DNA from: Nannocystis bainbridge
GTDB lineage: Bacteria > Myxococcota_A > Polyangia > Nannocystales > Nannocystaceae
DNA length: 64,000 bases
NCBI RefSeq assembly: GCF_028368995.1
Contig: NZ_JAQNDL010000001.1
Location: forward strand, 3,840,001 to 3,904,000
Reading direction: 5' to 3'
Numbering within the stretch: the stretch's first letter is position 1; every line of letters starts with the position of its first letter. This document shows positions 29,068 to 39,143 of this stretch, piece after piece. Position numbers and translations under genes: made by a program. A model generated the notes under the pieces. It was not told the DNA's origin and searched no databases. It worked only from the letters and a program-made list of their open reading frames with translations.

Positions 29068-29599
29068 GTGTCCGCGATCCTCCGCCTCGGCGACCCGCGG
29101 TTGCGTGCCGTCGCTCGCCCCGTCGACCTCGCCGACCCTGAATTCCCGGCCGCCGTCGCGCGGGCTGCACCACGCGCTCGCCGAGTTCCGGGCCGAGCAC
29201 GGCTTCGGCCGCGCGATCGCGGCGCCACAGCTCGGCATCGGCCTGCGGCTCGTCGCCATGAACCTCGGCGACGGCCCACGCACCCTCGTCGACCCCGAGA
29301 TCGTGTGGCACAGCGATGAGACCTTCACGCTGTGGGACGACTGCATGTGCTTCCCCGAGCTGCTCGTGCGGGTCAGGCGGTGGACCTCGATCTCCGTGCG
29401 CCACCGCGACGAGCACGGCCGGCTCCACCTGCGCGAGCGCCTGCCCGCCGCCGAGTCCGAGCTCTTACAGCACGAGCTCGACCACCTCGACGGGGTGCTC
29501 GCCGTCGACCGCGCCGAGGGCCCCGGCGCGATCGTCAAACGCGACGATCATGATCGCGAGCAGCTCGCGGCCATGATCGATCGCCGCGAAGATCAGTAG
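29068..29599 (+). pseudogene. def: Peptide deformylase-like gene interrupted by a +1 frameshift near 29162-29164 (or a sequencing error)
   Basis: ILRLGDPRLRAVARPV lies in one frame; GRAIAAPQLG, DDCMCFP and LQHELDHLDG lie in the next frame. Confidence 0.8.
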
Positions 29600-32013
29600 A
29601 GGATGCAGAAGCCGAAGCTGGTCGTGCCCTGGGCCGCGACCTCGGCGTTGTAGGGCTCGCCGGTCCACAGCAGGTGCGACGCGTCCTGCGTGTACTTGGC
29701 GTTCCACGCGTTCTGGATCGTGCCCTGCATCGCGATCACCACCTGCCACACGATCGGCGCGCCGGTCGTGTTGCTGACGGTGACCGAGTTGCACTCGCCC
29801 TGCTCCCACTTCGAGTCCTGGGTGATCTGCACGTCGATGCCCGGCGTCGTCATCGGCCCCGACATCGGCCCGCCGGTGGTGCCGTCGCCCGTCGTGGTCT
29901 CGTCCTCGCCGGTCGTCGCCGGGCCGCCGGTGGTCGGGTCGCCGCCCGTCGTCGGGTCGGGGTCGCTGCTCGGCGCCCCGCCGCGCTCGCGGAAGAACCG
30001 CGTGCCGACCAGCGCCAGCACCAGGCTGTCGAGCCGCCCCTCGGCCTCGGAGAAGGCCGCCCGCAACTCGTCCTGCACGCACTGCAGCTCGCTGCCCGCC
30101 GCCGAGCCGACAGCGTAACGGGCCCACTGCAGGGTGAAGCAGGCCTCGACGTCGGGGCTGCCCGCCAGCAGCTGCGCCAGCTCGTCGGCGCCGTCGAACG
30201 GCCCGTCCGAATTGTCGGTCAGCAGCACCTCGCCGCTGGCGTCGATCGGGTGGATCCCGTCCATCGTCCGCGTGCGACCGACCGCGTCATAGTGCTCGAA
30301 GCCGAAGCCGATCGGATCGATGCGCGCGTGGCAACCAGCGCAGGTCGGGTCGCTCGAGTGCTGGGTGTAGCGCTCGCGCGTGCTCAGGCCCGGGTCGACC
30401 GGCGGCGGCGAGGTGTCGAGCGCCGGCGGCGGCGGCGGCATGTCCTGGCACAGCAGCCGCTCGCGCACCAGCTTGCCGCGGTGGATCGGCGACGACGAGG
30501 TCGGCAGCGCGTGCGTCGTCATCACCGCGCCGTGCGTCAGCAGGCCCGCCGCCGCGCCGGTCTCGGCCTTCTTGAAGCCGCCCGGATCGGGCTCGCCCGC
30601 GCCGGCCGGGACGCCGTAGTAACCGGCGAGGTCGTCGGTCATGTACGAGTAATCGGCCGTCAGCAGCTCGGCCAGCGAACCACCGCCGCGGTACACGTCG
30701 CCGACGAACCGGTGCGTCTCGCCGAGCATGGCGTCGCGGATCTGCGGCGTCAGCTCGGGGTACAGCGCCGCGTCGCGCGGGACCGTGCGCAGGCGATCGA
30801 TGTGCAGCCACTCGTCGACGAAGCGGTGCAGCGTGGCGTCGGCGTCGGCGTCGGCGAGCAGGCGGGCGGCCTGCTTCTTGAGCTCCGGCGGATCTTTCAA
30901 GGTCCCGTCGTCGGCGGCGGCCATGAGCTGGGCGTCAGGCGGGCCGCCGACGATCAGGTACGACAGCTCGCTGGCCAGCTCGTGCGGCGTGAGCTGATAG
31001 ATGCCGTCGCCCGCGTGCTCGCCGAGCTCGGTGCGGTAGAGGAACCCGGGCGACTGCAACATCGCGGCGATGGTCCAGCGGATCCCGCCGGCGAATTTCT
31101 CGATCGCGGCGGCCTCCTTCCACAGCGTCTCGTAGCGGGCCTGCTCGTCGGCGGTGAGCGGCCGGCGGAACACCTGCTTGCCGAAGCGGGCGATGAACGC
31201 GTGGGCGCACGCCTGCTCGCCGTCGGCCTCCGGATCGCAGCCGAGCCGCGCCGGCAGGTCGGCGACGATGAGGTCGGCGATCTTCTCGGCCGCGTCGCGG
31301 TACTGGTCGGCCAGCAGCCCCGAGACCACCAGCGCCCCGGCGTTGTTGGTGTAGCCGTGGACCACCGTGTCGGCCGCGAAGCCGAGCCCGAGGTCGGTCG
31401 GGGCGCCGAGCACCGCCGCGAGGCTGCGGTTGTACTCGACGTGGCTGAGCCGGCGCACCCGCCGGACCCCCGCGCCGCCCTCGTCGCAGCCGGCCGCGCC
31501 CTCGCCGTCGGGCGCCGTGCACGAGAACGTGCCCTGGCTGCGCGCGACGAACTCCGCCAGCGCGTCGTAGGCCTCGGTGTCGGGCGTGACGACCATCCCG
31601 CCCTTGTGCATGTCGGGGTGCTGGTTGGTCGGCTTGAGCAGCAGCAGCGACACGCCGCCGTCCTCGTCGAGCGCGACCTCCTTGACCGCCGCGAGGTTGG
31701 CCTCGAGCCAGCCCTCCGCGCCCTCGGCCAGCAGGACCATCCGCGTGTCCTTGGCCAGGCCGTCGGGGTTGTGACAGGTGATGCAGGTCTTGCTAAGGAT
31801 CGGCGTCCACACGCTGGTCTCGAAGAACTGCGCGTCGCTCGGGCAGTCGCCGCCGCCGTCGGTCGGGTCGCCGTTGCCGGTGGCCATCGTGTCGGTGCCG
31901 CCCGTGGCGGCGTCGGTGTCGGAGTCGGTGCTCGCCCCGCCGCCGCCGCTCGGGCAGGCCGCGAGCGCGAGGAGGAGCGCGAGGTTGCTGGCGTAGATCG
32001 TTCGCATGGTCAT
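29593..32013 (-). CDS. DUF1592/DUF1588/DUF1595-family lipoprotein with N-terminal c-type heme motif and C-terminal CBM2-like domain
   Basis: Lipobox LAAC; CITCH; RRLSHVEYN; FRRPLT; LQSPGFLYR; SSPIHRG; CAGCHARIDPIGFGFEHYD; C-terminal WEQGECNSVTV...WNA...SFGFC. Confidence 0.9.
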   Translation of the reverse strand: MTMRTIYASNLALLLALAACPSGGGGASTDSDTDAATGGTDTMATGNGDPTDGGGDCPSDAQFFETSVWTPILSKTCITCHNPDGLAKDTRMVLLAEGAEGWLEANLAAVKEVALDEDGGVSLLLLKPTNQHPDMHKGGMVVTPDTEAYDALAEFVARSQGTFSCTAPDGEGAAGCDEGGAGVRRVRRLSHVEYNRSLAAVLGAPTDLGLGFAADTVVHGYTNNAGALVVSGLLADQYRDAAEKIADLIVADLPARLGCDPEADGEQACAHAFIARFGKQVFRRPLTADEQARYETLWKEAAAIEKFAGGIRWTIAAMLQSPGFLYRTELGEHAGDGIYQLTPHELASELSYLIVGGPPDAQLMAAADDGTLKDPPELKKQAARLLADADADATLHRFVDEWLHIDRLRTVPRDAALYPELTPQIRDAMLGETHRFVGDVYRGGGSLAELLTADYSYMTDDLAGYYGVPAGAGEPDPGGFKKAETGAAAGLLTHGAVMTTHALPTSSSPIHRGKLVRERLLCQDMPPPPPALDTSPPPVDPGLSTRERYTQHSSDPTCAGCHARIDPIGFGFEHYDAVGRTRTMDGIHPIDASGEVLLTDNSDGPFDGADELAQLLAGSPDVEACFTLQWARYAVGSAAGSELQCVQDELRAAFSEAEGRLDSLVLALVGTRFFRERGGAPSSDPDPTTGGDPTTGGPATTGEDETTTGDGTTGGPMSGPMTTPGIDVQITQDSKWEQGECNSVTVSNTTGAPIVWQVVIAMQGTIQNAWNAKYTQDASHLLWTGEPYNAEVAAQGTTSFGFCILY

Positions 32014-32021
32014 CGTCCTCC

Positions 32022-33308
32022 TCACACCAGGCTCGGGAGCGGGCCGTTGCCGACCATGGAGTTGCCGAAGGTCTCGTTGCTCAGGCCCATCGCCTGACAC
32101 AGCGAGACCATCAGCTTGCCGTGCGACTCGCCGGCGAACTTGAGGTAACGACCGGTCTGCCAGCGCCCGCCCGCGCCGCCGGCAATCACGAACGGCACGC
32201 CGGAGCAGGTGTGCAGCCGCGAGTCGCCCATCTCCTTGGCCCACACCACCACCGAGTTGTCGAGCATCGAGCCCTGCATGTCGGCCTCGGGCGTCATCGC
32301 CAGCTTCTGCACGAGGTACTTGAACTGCTCGGCCATCCACCGCTCGCACTCGACGAACTGGGCCACGCCGGCCACGTTCGAGTCGTCGATGTGCGACAGC
32401 GAGTGGTGACCCTCGGACACGCCGAGCCACGAGCACACCGTCGGGCTGACCGTGTGCGACAGCTGCAGCGAGGCCACGCGCGTCATGTCGCACGCCAGCG
32501 CCGCCACCATCATGTCGATCTGCGCCGCGGTGATGTTCGGGAAGTTGGCGTTGTCCTGCGTGCCCCCGCCCATCGGCGCGTCGGGCAAGCCGCAGCCGAC
32601 CGCGCCCATCAAGCCCTTCTCGACCTTGGCCAGCGCGTCGAGGTGAGCGTCGAGCTTGGGCCGCTCCTCGCTGCCGAGCCGCCCGCGCAGGCTGGTAGCC
32701 TCGTCGACCAGCAGGTCGACCACCCGCTGCCGCCGGGCTCGCAGCGCCGCCGCGGCCTCGTCCCCGCCCATGAAGTCGCCGAACAGCCGGCCGTACACGT
32801 GCATCGGGTCGTCGTCGGGCGTGACCCACGCGCCCGGACCCGAGTACGACATGCGCGTCTGCACGCCGCCGCCCCACGCCGACGTCTGGACCCCGAACTC
32901 GAGCGAGGAGAAGCGCGTGTCCTGACCGATCTGCGCCGCCACGTATTGATCGATCGACATCCCGCCCGACTCGTCGGAGGCGGTGCCGCTGGCGGTCAAC
33001 ATCGCCGCCATGCCGCCCTCATGGTTGTCGGCGCCGAAGAAATCGAGGCCCTCGACCACGATCAGCTGATCTTGGATCTCCGTCAGCGGCTCGAGGATCG
33101 AGCCCGGCGGAAAGCTGAAGTTCGTCTCGGTCCCGCTCGGCTTCCACTGCTGCGGGATGGTGCCGTTGGGGCTGAAGAACACGATCAGCCGCTTGGCGGT
33201 CGGTCCGCCGTCAGCCCGACTGCTCGGCGCCGACAGCAGGTTCAAAAACGGGGCGGCGACCAGACCGATCCCGAGGCCGTGCAAGACGCTTCGACGACGT
33301 ATCGACAT
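32022..33308 (-). CDS. DUF1552-family Tat-exported protein
   Basis: RRRSVL twin-arginine signal; KRLIVFFSPNG, SIDQ, ALACDMTRVAS, HHSLSH, SMLDNS motifs; usual partner of DUF1592. Confidence 0.9.
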   Translation of the reverse strand: MSIRRRSVLHGLGIGLVAAPFLNLLSAPSSRADGGPTAKRLIVFFSPNGTIPQQWKPSGTETNFSFPPGSILEPLTEIQDQLIVVEGLDFFGADNHEGGMAAMLTASGTASDESGGMSIDQYVAAQIGQDTRFSSLEFGVQTSAWGGGVQTRMSYSGPGAWVTPDDDPMHVYGRLFGDFMGGDEAAAALRARRQRVVDLLVDEATSLRGRLGSEERPKLDAHLDALAKVEKGLMGAVGCGLPDAPMGGGTQDNANFPNITAAQIDMMVAALACDMTRVASLQLSHTVSPTVCSWLGVSEGHHSLSHIDDSNVAGVAQFVECERWMAEQFKYLVQKLAMTPEADMQGSMLDNSVVVWAKEMGDSRLHTCSGVPFVIAGGAGGRWQTGRYLKFAGESHGKLMVSLCQAMGLSNETFGNSMVGNGPLPSLV

Positions 33309-33779
33309 AGACTCGCACCTGAATAGCGAGGAGCGGCAGCTCTGTCGATACGCGTCGATTCGGGACATGGCGGGTCGTGTAAGCGAGCCCAGGCGCAGGC
33401 CCGCGCCGCTGCTCGCAGTTCACGCGCCCCGAGCCGCGCTCGCAGACTCCGCACAATGACAGCAGCGGGCGAGCGCATCGATCTGTCTCTCGGGACAGCA
33501 CGCCTCCGCGCCGCAGCCATGATTCGCGACGCGCCGCGGGGGGCCTGTCCCCCGGGACATGTCAGCTCCACGGCCGAGCCCGCCGGACCGTCGGCCGGAC
33601 ACGGCGCGAGGTCACCGGACCGCCGCTGCGTGCAATCGGCTCCTGGGGATCCGCCCGAGCTTCGCGCGTACCATATGTCCCAAGAGACATATGAATTGCG
33701 GTCGCTGACCTCGCATGGCCGCGAGGACAGGTCGAGTCCGCCGGAGACGATGTCCCCGAGTCACTCCGGACGCTCGCGC

Positions 33780-35153
33780 TCACCCGCGCGGGCGCACGTG
33801 CATGAGGATGCTGCCGCGCGGGCCGACGGGGATGTTGAAGCGGTGGCGGGCGTCGCTGTTCTCGGCGACCGGCGCGAACTCGTAGCGCAGCGCCAGGCGC
33901 GACAGCACGATCTTCGCCTCGAGCAGCGAGAAGTGCTGGCCGACGCAGCTGCGCGGGCCGGTGATGAAGGGCAGCCAGCGGTGGCCGACCGGCTCGTCGC
34001 CGAGGAAGCGGTCGGGGCGGAACGCCTCGGGCTCGGGCCAGTGGCGCGGGTCCTTGTGCAGCGCCTGCATGTGCACCATCACCTTGGTGCCGCGCGGGAT
34101 GACGAGCTCGCCGAAGCGGTCGTCGACGATCGCCTCGCGCACGACGATCGGCACGATGTTGTAGAGCCGCAGCGCCTCCTTGAGGCACGCGCCGGCGAAA
34201 TCGAGGCGCTTGAGCTGCTCGTAGTCGGGCACGCCGTCGCCCTTGAACACCAGGGCCGCGTCGGCGCGCAGCCGCTCGAGCTCGGCCGGCTGCTGCGTCA
34301 ACGCGTGCAGCGTCCACGTCAGCATCGCGCTCGAGGTGTCGTGGCCGGCGAACAGCATGGTCTTGAGCTCGTCGCTGACGAGCCGCTCGCTGTCCTCGGA
34401 CCAGGTGCCGTCGTCGAGGCTGGCGAGCAGCATGTCGAGCATGTCGCTCGGGCGCGCCTTGGGGTCGGCGCGCCGCTTCTGCATGCGCGCGCGGATCTTC
34501 TCGAGCAAAAAGGCGTCGAGCTGGGCCAGCGAGCGGTCGTAGCGGAACTTCGCGGGCGTCGGTAAATAGCCGCGGAAGGGCAGCCAGACCCGCTTGTTGG
34601 CCTCTTCGACGAGGGGCTCGTAGAGCCGCGGCAGCACGTCGTCGCTCTGGTGCGGCGGCATCTGCAGCGTCGCCTCGGCGATCACCTGCAGGGTCACCCG
34701 CCGCATCTGCGCGCCGATGTCGACCGGGAGGCCGCTGCGCGCGTGGGCGTCGAGCACCGCCCCCATGCGGTCGACCGCGCGGATCGACGCCTCGGCGACG
34801 TTGCGCAGCGCGTCGATGCGGAACGCCCGGGCCAGCACCGCCCGCTGGCGCTTCCACAGCTCGCCGTCGCTGGTCAAAAGGCCATGTCCGAGGATGTCGA
34901 GGAAGGCGCCCATGGCGCGCAGATCCTTGACGTAGTGATCGGCGGCGCCGACGATCACGTGGCGGATGAACTCGGGGTCCGAGGTGACGAGGTAGCTGGC
35001 GCCGGGGATCCGCAGCCGCACGGTGGGCCCGCGCTCCCGCAGCCAGCGCTCCGTCACGTCCCACGGCGCGCCCGCCATGAGCGCGGCCATGTGACCGACG
35101 ACGGGCAGCTTCTGCGGCGCATGCGGGACCTGATCGAGCATGCGGCGGAGCAT
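33780..35153 (-). CDS. Cytochrome P450
   Basis: FAGHDT I-helix, EALR (ExxR), FRPDRF, FITGPRSCVG heme-thiolate motif. Confidence 0.96.
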   Translation of the reverse strand: MLRRMLDQVPHAPQKLPVVGHMAALMAGAPWDVTERWLRERGPTVRLRIPGASYLVTSDPEFIRHVIVGAADHYVKDLRAMGAFLDILGHGLLTSDGELWKRQRAVLARAFRIDALRNVAEASIRAVDRMGAVLDAHARSGLPVDIGAQMRRVTLQVIAEATLQMPPHQSDDVLPRLYEPLVEEANKRVWLPFRGYLPTPAKFRYDRSLAQLDAFLLEKIRARMQKRRADPKARPSDMLDMLLASLDDGTWSEDSERLVSDELKTMLFAGHDTSSAMLTWTLHALTQQPAELERLRADAALVFKGDGVPDYEQLKRLDFAGACLKEALRLYNIVPIVVREAIVDDRFGELVIPRGTKVMVHMQALHKDPRHWPEPEAFRPDRFLGDEPVGHRWLPFITGPRSCVGQHFSLLEAKIVLSRLALRYEFAPVAENSDARHRFNIPVGPRGSILMHVRPRG

Positions 35154-35275
35154 CGACCCCAGGCCCGGGCCCGCGCAAGACCGGCCGGCCCCGAGTGTGC
35201 GGTGAGCCCGCTCAAGATCACGCGGATGCTCGCGAATTTGCCCGGGGTGCGCCTCCCTGTGCTAGAAACCCGGGC

Positions 35276-35731
35276 ATGCGCGCCCTCGGCCTCGACGTCG
35301 GTAGCAAGACGATCGGCGTCGCCGTGTCCGACCCGAGCGGCACGATCGCCAGCCCGCGCGAGGTCCTCACGCGCCGGGGTCACGCGGAGGACGCAGCCGC
35401 CATCGCCGCGCTCGCCCGCGACCTCGAAGCCGCCGACGTCGTCGTCGGCCTCCCGCTCGAGCTCGACGGCTCGGTCGGCCACCGCGCCCGCCAGGTCCAG
35501 CGCTTCCTCGCCGTCCTCGAGCCCCTGCTCGCCGCGCTGCCCGGCTCGCCGCGCGCGTCCACCTGGGACGAGCGCTTCAGCACCGCCGGGGCCGAGCGCG
35601 CCCTGCTGCAGGCCGACGTGTCCCGCACCCGCCGCAAGCAGGTCATCGACGCCGCCGCGGCCCAGTTCATCCTCGAGGGCTGGCTCGAAGGCCAGCGCCG
35701 AAGGGACATGTCCGGAGGGACAGGTACATGA
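35276..35731 (+). CDS. ruvX: YqgF/RuvX pre-16S rRNA nuclease
   Basis: [41 protein letters not shown]. Confidence 0.95.
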   Translation: MRALGLDVGSKTIGVAVSDPSGTIASPREVLTRRGHAEDAAAIAALARDLEAADVVVGLPLELDGSVGHRARQVQRFLAVLEPLLAALPGSPRASTWDERFSTAGAERALLQADVSRTRRKQVIDAAAAQFILEGWLEGQRRRDMSGGTGT

Positions 35732-36909
35732 CGCGGGCCGCCGGCAAGCGCCTGCCGTGGTGGCGCCCGCGACGGTCCCGCTGGGCGCAGTACGTCGCCC
35801 TCGCGGTGGTGGCGGTCACGCTGGTGGTCGGCGGCGTGTGGCTGTCGCGCACGTACCAGCGGGTGATCGACTATCCGGAGCGGCCGGGGGTCGGCAGCGC
35901 CGAGCCGATCGCCGTCGAGGTCGCCAAGGGCGCCAGCTTCCCGCAGGTGTTGACGCAGCTGCTCGAGGCCGGCGTGATCCCCGAGGACGAGGGCCTCTAC
36001 TTCAAGCTGTTCGTGCTCCACCGCGGCGCCGCCGGCAAGATCACCGCCGGCGCGCACAGCTTCCGCGGCGACATGACGCCCGAGCAGGTGCTCGCCGAGC
36101 TGATCCGGGCCCAGCGCACCGAAGAGACGCGGGTGACGATCCCCGAGGGCCGCAACATCCTCGAGGTCGCCGACATCCTCGCGGTCGCCGGCTACGGCGA
36201 CGCCTCGGTGATCCTGGCCGCGATGCGCGATCCTGCCCTGCTCAAGGAGTTCGGGATCGAGGGCGAGAGCGTCGAGGGTTACCTCTACCCCGACACTTAC
36301 AAGTTCCCGACCGAGGCCACGCCCGAGCAGGTGGTCCGCCGCATGGTCGAGCAGCACCGCAAGGTCTACGACAACCTCAAGCGCAGCCATCGCGAGGCGC
36401 TCGAGGAGCTGCGCAAGACCCTCGGCTGGGGCGACCGCGAGATCATCATCATGGCGTCGCTGGTCGAGAAGGAGACCGCCGCCAAGCACGAGCGGCCGCT
36501 CATCGCCGGCGTGTTCCTCAACCGCCTGCGCTTCTCGTCGTTCCAGCCCAAGCGGCTCGAGACCGACCCGACGATCATCTACGGCTGCACGGCGGCGGTG
36601 AAGAAGTCGGCGGCCTGCGAGAAGTTCGAGGGCCGCATCCGCCGGATCCACCTGCGCGACCCCGACAACCCGTACAACACATACACGCACGAGGGCCTGC
36701 CGCCGGGCCCGATCACGAACGCCGGCAAGTCCGCGTTCGAGGCCGTGCTGGCGCCGAAGAAGTCGCGCTTCCTGTACTTCGTGTCGCGCAACGACAAGAC
36801 CCACCAGTTCTCGAAGACGCTCGCCGAGCACGAGGCCGCGGTCGAGAAGTACATGCGCCAGGGCGCCGTGGGCGACGGCTCCGCCGCTGGCGCCGCCGAC
36901 GCCGAGTGA
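35728..36909 (+). CDS. mltG: Endolytic transglycosylase MltG (YceG)
   Basis: TM anchor, [45 protein letters not shown]. Confidence 0.95.
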   Translation: MTRAAGKRLPWWRPRRSRWAQYVALAVVAVTLVVGGVWLSRTYQRVIDYPERPGVGSAEPIAVEVAKGASFPQVLTQLLEAGVIPEDEGLYFKLFVLHRGAAGKITAGAHSFRGDMTPEQVLAELIRAQRTEETRVTIPEGRNILEVADILAVAGYGDASVILAAMRDPALLKEFGIEGESVEGYLYPDTYKFPTEATPEQVVRRMVEQHRKVYDNLKRSHREALEELRKTLGWGDREIIIMASLVEKETAAKHERPLIAGVFLNRLRFSSFQPKRLETDPTIIYGCTAAVKKSAACEKFEGRIRRIHLRDPDNPYNTYTHEGLPPGPITNAGKSAFEAVLAPKKSRFLYFVSRNDKTHQFSKTLAEHEAAVEKYMRQGAVGDGSAAGAADAE

Positions 36910-36912
36910 CGG

Positions 36913-36998
36913 CATGTCCCTCGGGGCATGTCGATCTCAACATGCCCGAAACGCCATGTCCGAAGAGACATGGCCGGTCGCGCATGTCCCTCGGGACA
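36913..36998. repeat. Tandem array of six 14-bp palindromes between convergent genes
   Basis: CATG at 36913, 36927, 36941, 36955, 36969, 36983. Confidence 0.85.
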
Positions 36999-37019
36999 CG
37001 TAGCGAGGACGCCGCGGGC

Positions 37020-37778
37020 TCAGGGCTTCGGCGCGCTCGCCAGGGCGAGCTGCAGCTCGACGAGGGCCCAGCGATCGCCGGTGCGGGCGAACGTCAGCCG
37101 GTGCGGTGGTTCACGCGTCGTCACGATCACCCGCCGCTCGCCGACCGGCTCGCGCGAGGCGATCACCAGCTCGCCGGCGAGGGCTGCCAGCAGCCCGGGC
37201 AGGCGGTTCTCGGTGAACAGCAGGTGATCGTCGAGCGCGCGCGTGAGGCTGGCCAGGGCCTCCGCGCGCAGCTCCGGGCTGGCGGCCTCGTCGCGGACCG
37301 TCGCCGCCAGGCGCTGCAATTCGGCGACGATCGCCTCCGGCTCGCCGTCGAGGCCGCGCATGCGCACGAACTCGTTGCCCGGGCGGGCGATCGCCGTGCG
37401 AATCGCGTCGAGCTGACCGCGGGCCTCGCGGGGCGCGTCGAGGGCGACCAGCTCGCGCGCCTCGCCGACCCGCTGAAGCCGCTCTTTCGGGTTGTTCTGG
37501 CTGAATTCCCACACTTCGAGCCGCGGCGCCGCGCCCGGACTCGCCACCGCCACGCCGATCTCCGCCCGGCCCTTGTGACCGTCGGCGAGCTCGAACACCG
37601 GGCGAACCGCGAGCCCCGCCGGAATCGCCTCGTGCAGCGCCGGCGCGTACAGCCACGGCTCGGGCGCGCGTGCGGGGGTCTGCGCGGGCGGCGGCGGCAG
37701 GTCGACCGCGGGCCCTTGCGGGCAGCCGGGCGCGAACGCGAGCGAAGCGGCGAGCAGAGCGGTGCGGAGGGGAGTCAC
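37020..37778 (-). CDS. Hypothetical lipoprotein
   Basis: Signal peptide ending APGC; 252 aa. Confidence 0.65.
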   Translation of the reverse strand: MTPLRTALLAASLAFAPGCPQGPAVDLPPPPAQTPARAPEPWLYAPALHEAIPAGLAVRPVFELADGHKGRAEIGVAVASPGAAPRLEVWEFSQNNPKERLQRVGEARELVALDAPREARGQLDAIRTAIARPGNEFVRMRGLDGEPEAIVAELQRLAATVRDEAASPELRAEALASLTRALDDHLLFTENRLPGLLAALAGELVIASREPVGERRVIVTTREPPHRLTFARTGDRWALVELQLALASAPKP

Positions 37779-37840
37779 CGGGCTTGCACAGGGTGGGACG
37801 GTGGAGGCGCCAAGGTCAAGCGTGATAGCCTCGGCTCGAG

Positions 37841-38950
37841 ATGGACCTCGCGCGACGGAGCCTTGCGGTGGCGATGGCCGCCAGTGTGTGCCTCAGCACT
37901 TCGGGGATCGGTGAGGCAGCCGCGGCGGCCTCGCGGCCCGTGCTGGCGCTCGCGGCCCCTGGCGAGGGTGGCGAGCAGCAGGGGTCCAAGCTGGCGATCT
38001 TGCCGCTGGTGGTCGAGGGTTCGCTGAGCGAGGCCGACCAGAACTCGCTGACGCAATCGCTCATCAGCGGCCTGCAGCGCGGCAGCTTCACCGTCCTCGC
38101 GCCCGAGCAGGTCATCGCCGCCGACAGCGGCGCCGCCAGCTGCGACAACGCCGTCTGTTACAAGTCGATCGCCACCAAGACCAGCGCCGCCTACATCGTC
38201 CGCGCCGCCGTCACCGTGCGCGACCGCGACTACAACGTCCACGTCGACCTCTTCAACGGCGCCGACGGTCAGCGCATCGCCGCCACCCAGGATGGTTGCG
38301 AGATCTGCGGCGTCGTCGACGCCAGCGGTCTCATCGACTCCGCCGCCGCCACCCTGCGCCTCAAGCTCGACGCCCTCGCCAAGGGTCCGGCCTCCTTCAA
38401 GCTGCAGACCGACCCGCCCGGCGCGCTCGTCACCATCGACGGCGAGATCGCCGGCACCACCCCGCTGAACCGCCCCACGGTCCCCGGCAAGCACATCATC
38501 CGGATCAGCAAGGAGGGCTTCATCGCCCTCGAGCGCGAGGTGACCTTCGTCGAGGGCGTCGGCGAGGAGCTGCAGTACTCGCTGGAGAAGCTGCCGAGCC
38601 GTCTGCCCGGCAAGCGCTGGGGCTACGCCTCGATCGCCGTCGGCATCCTCGGGATCGGCGGCGGCATCGCCCTCACCGCCATCGACGGCCGCAACTACTC
38701 GCTCGACTGCGCCGGCGAGAACGTGATGAACCCCGGCATCACCGGCGAAAAGGAGTGCAAGTACCTCTTCAACACGAAGTGGTACGGCGTCGCCGCCACC
38801 CTCGCCGGCGCGGCCCTCCTCACCCTCGGCACCGTCATCCTCATCAACTCCCGCTCCAAGACCGACGCCGGTGACAAGCGCGCCGCTCGCCGCGGCACCC
38901 GGCAGCTCGGCATCGGCCCGGGCAGCCTGATCTTCCGCGGACAATTCTGA
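37841..38950 (+). CDS. PEGA-domain protein
   Basis: TDPPGALVTIDG...GTTPL...PGKH...KEGF; C-terminal TM helices and terminal Phe. Confidence 0.88.
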   Translation: MDLARRSLAVAMAASVCLSTSGIGEAAAAASRPVLALAAPGEGGEQQGSKLAILPLVVEGSLSEADQNSLTQSLISGLQRGSFTVLAPEQVIAADSGAASCDNAVCYKSIATKTSAAYIVRAAVTVRDRDYNVHVDLFNGADGQRIAATQDGCEICGVVDASGLIDSAAATLRLKLDALAKGPASFKLQTDPPGALVTIDGEIAGTTPLNRPTVPGKHIIRISKEGFIALEREVTFVEGVGEELQYSLEKLPSRLPGKRWGYASIAVGILGIGGGIALTAIDGRNYSLDCAGENVMNPGITGEKECKYLFNTKWYGVAATLAGAALLTLGTVILINSRSKTDAGDKRAARRGTRQLGIGPGSLIFRGQF

Positions 38951-39143
38951 TCGCTGCCTGCCTGAGCTTCGGGACATGTCCGATGCGGCATGTCCTGAGA
39001 GTCAGCTGAACGCTCGCCGACCCGGGCGGCTGCCCGCGGGACCACGAGGCTGAATCAGCCCGTCGCGGCCCGTTTGGGTCACGAGCGGCGAGTGCAGCGA
39101 GCCTTCGCTGTCCCAGGTCTCGTGCCGATTCACCGGCCCGCGC

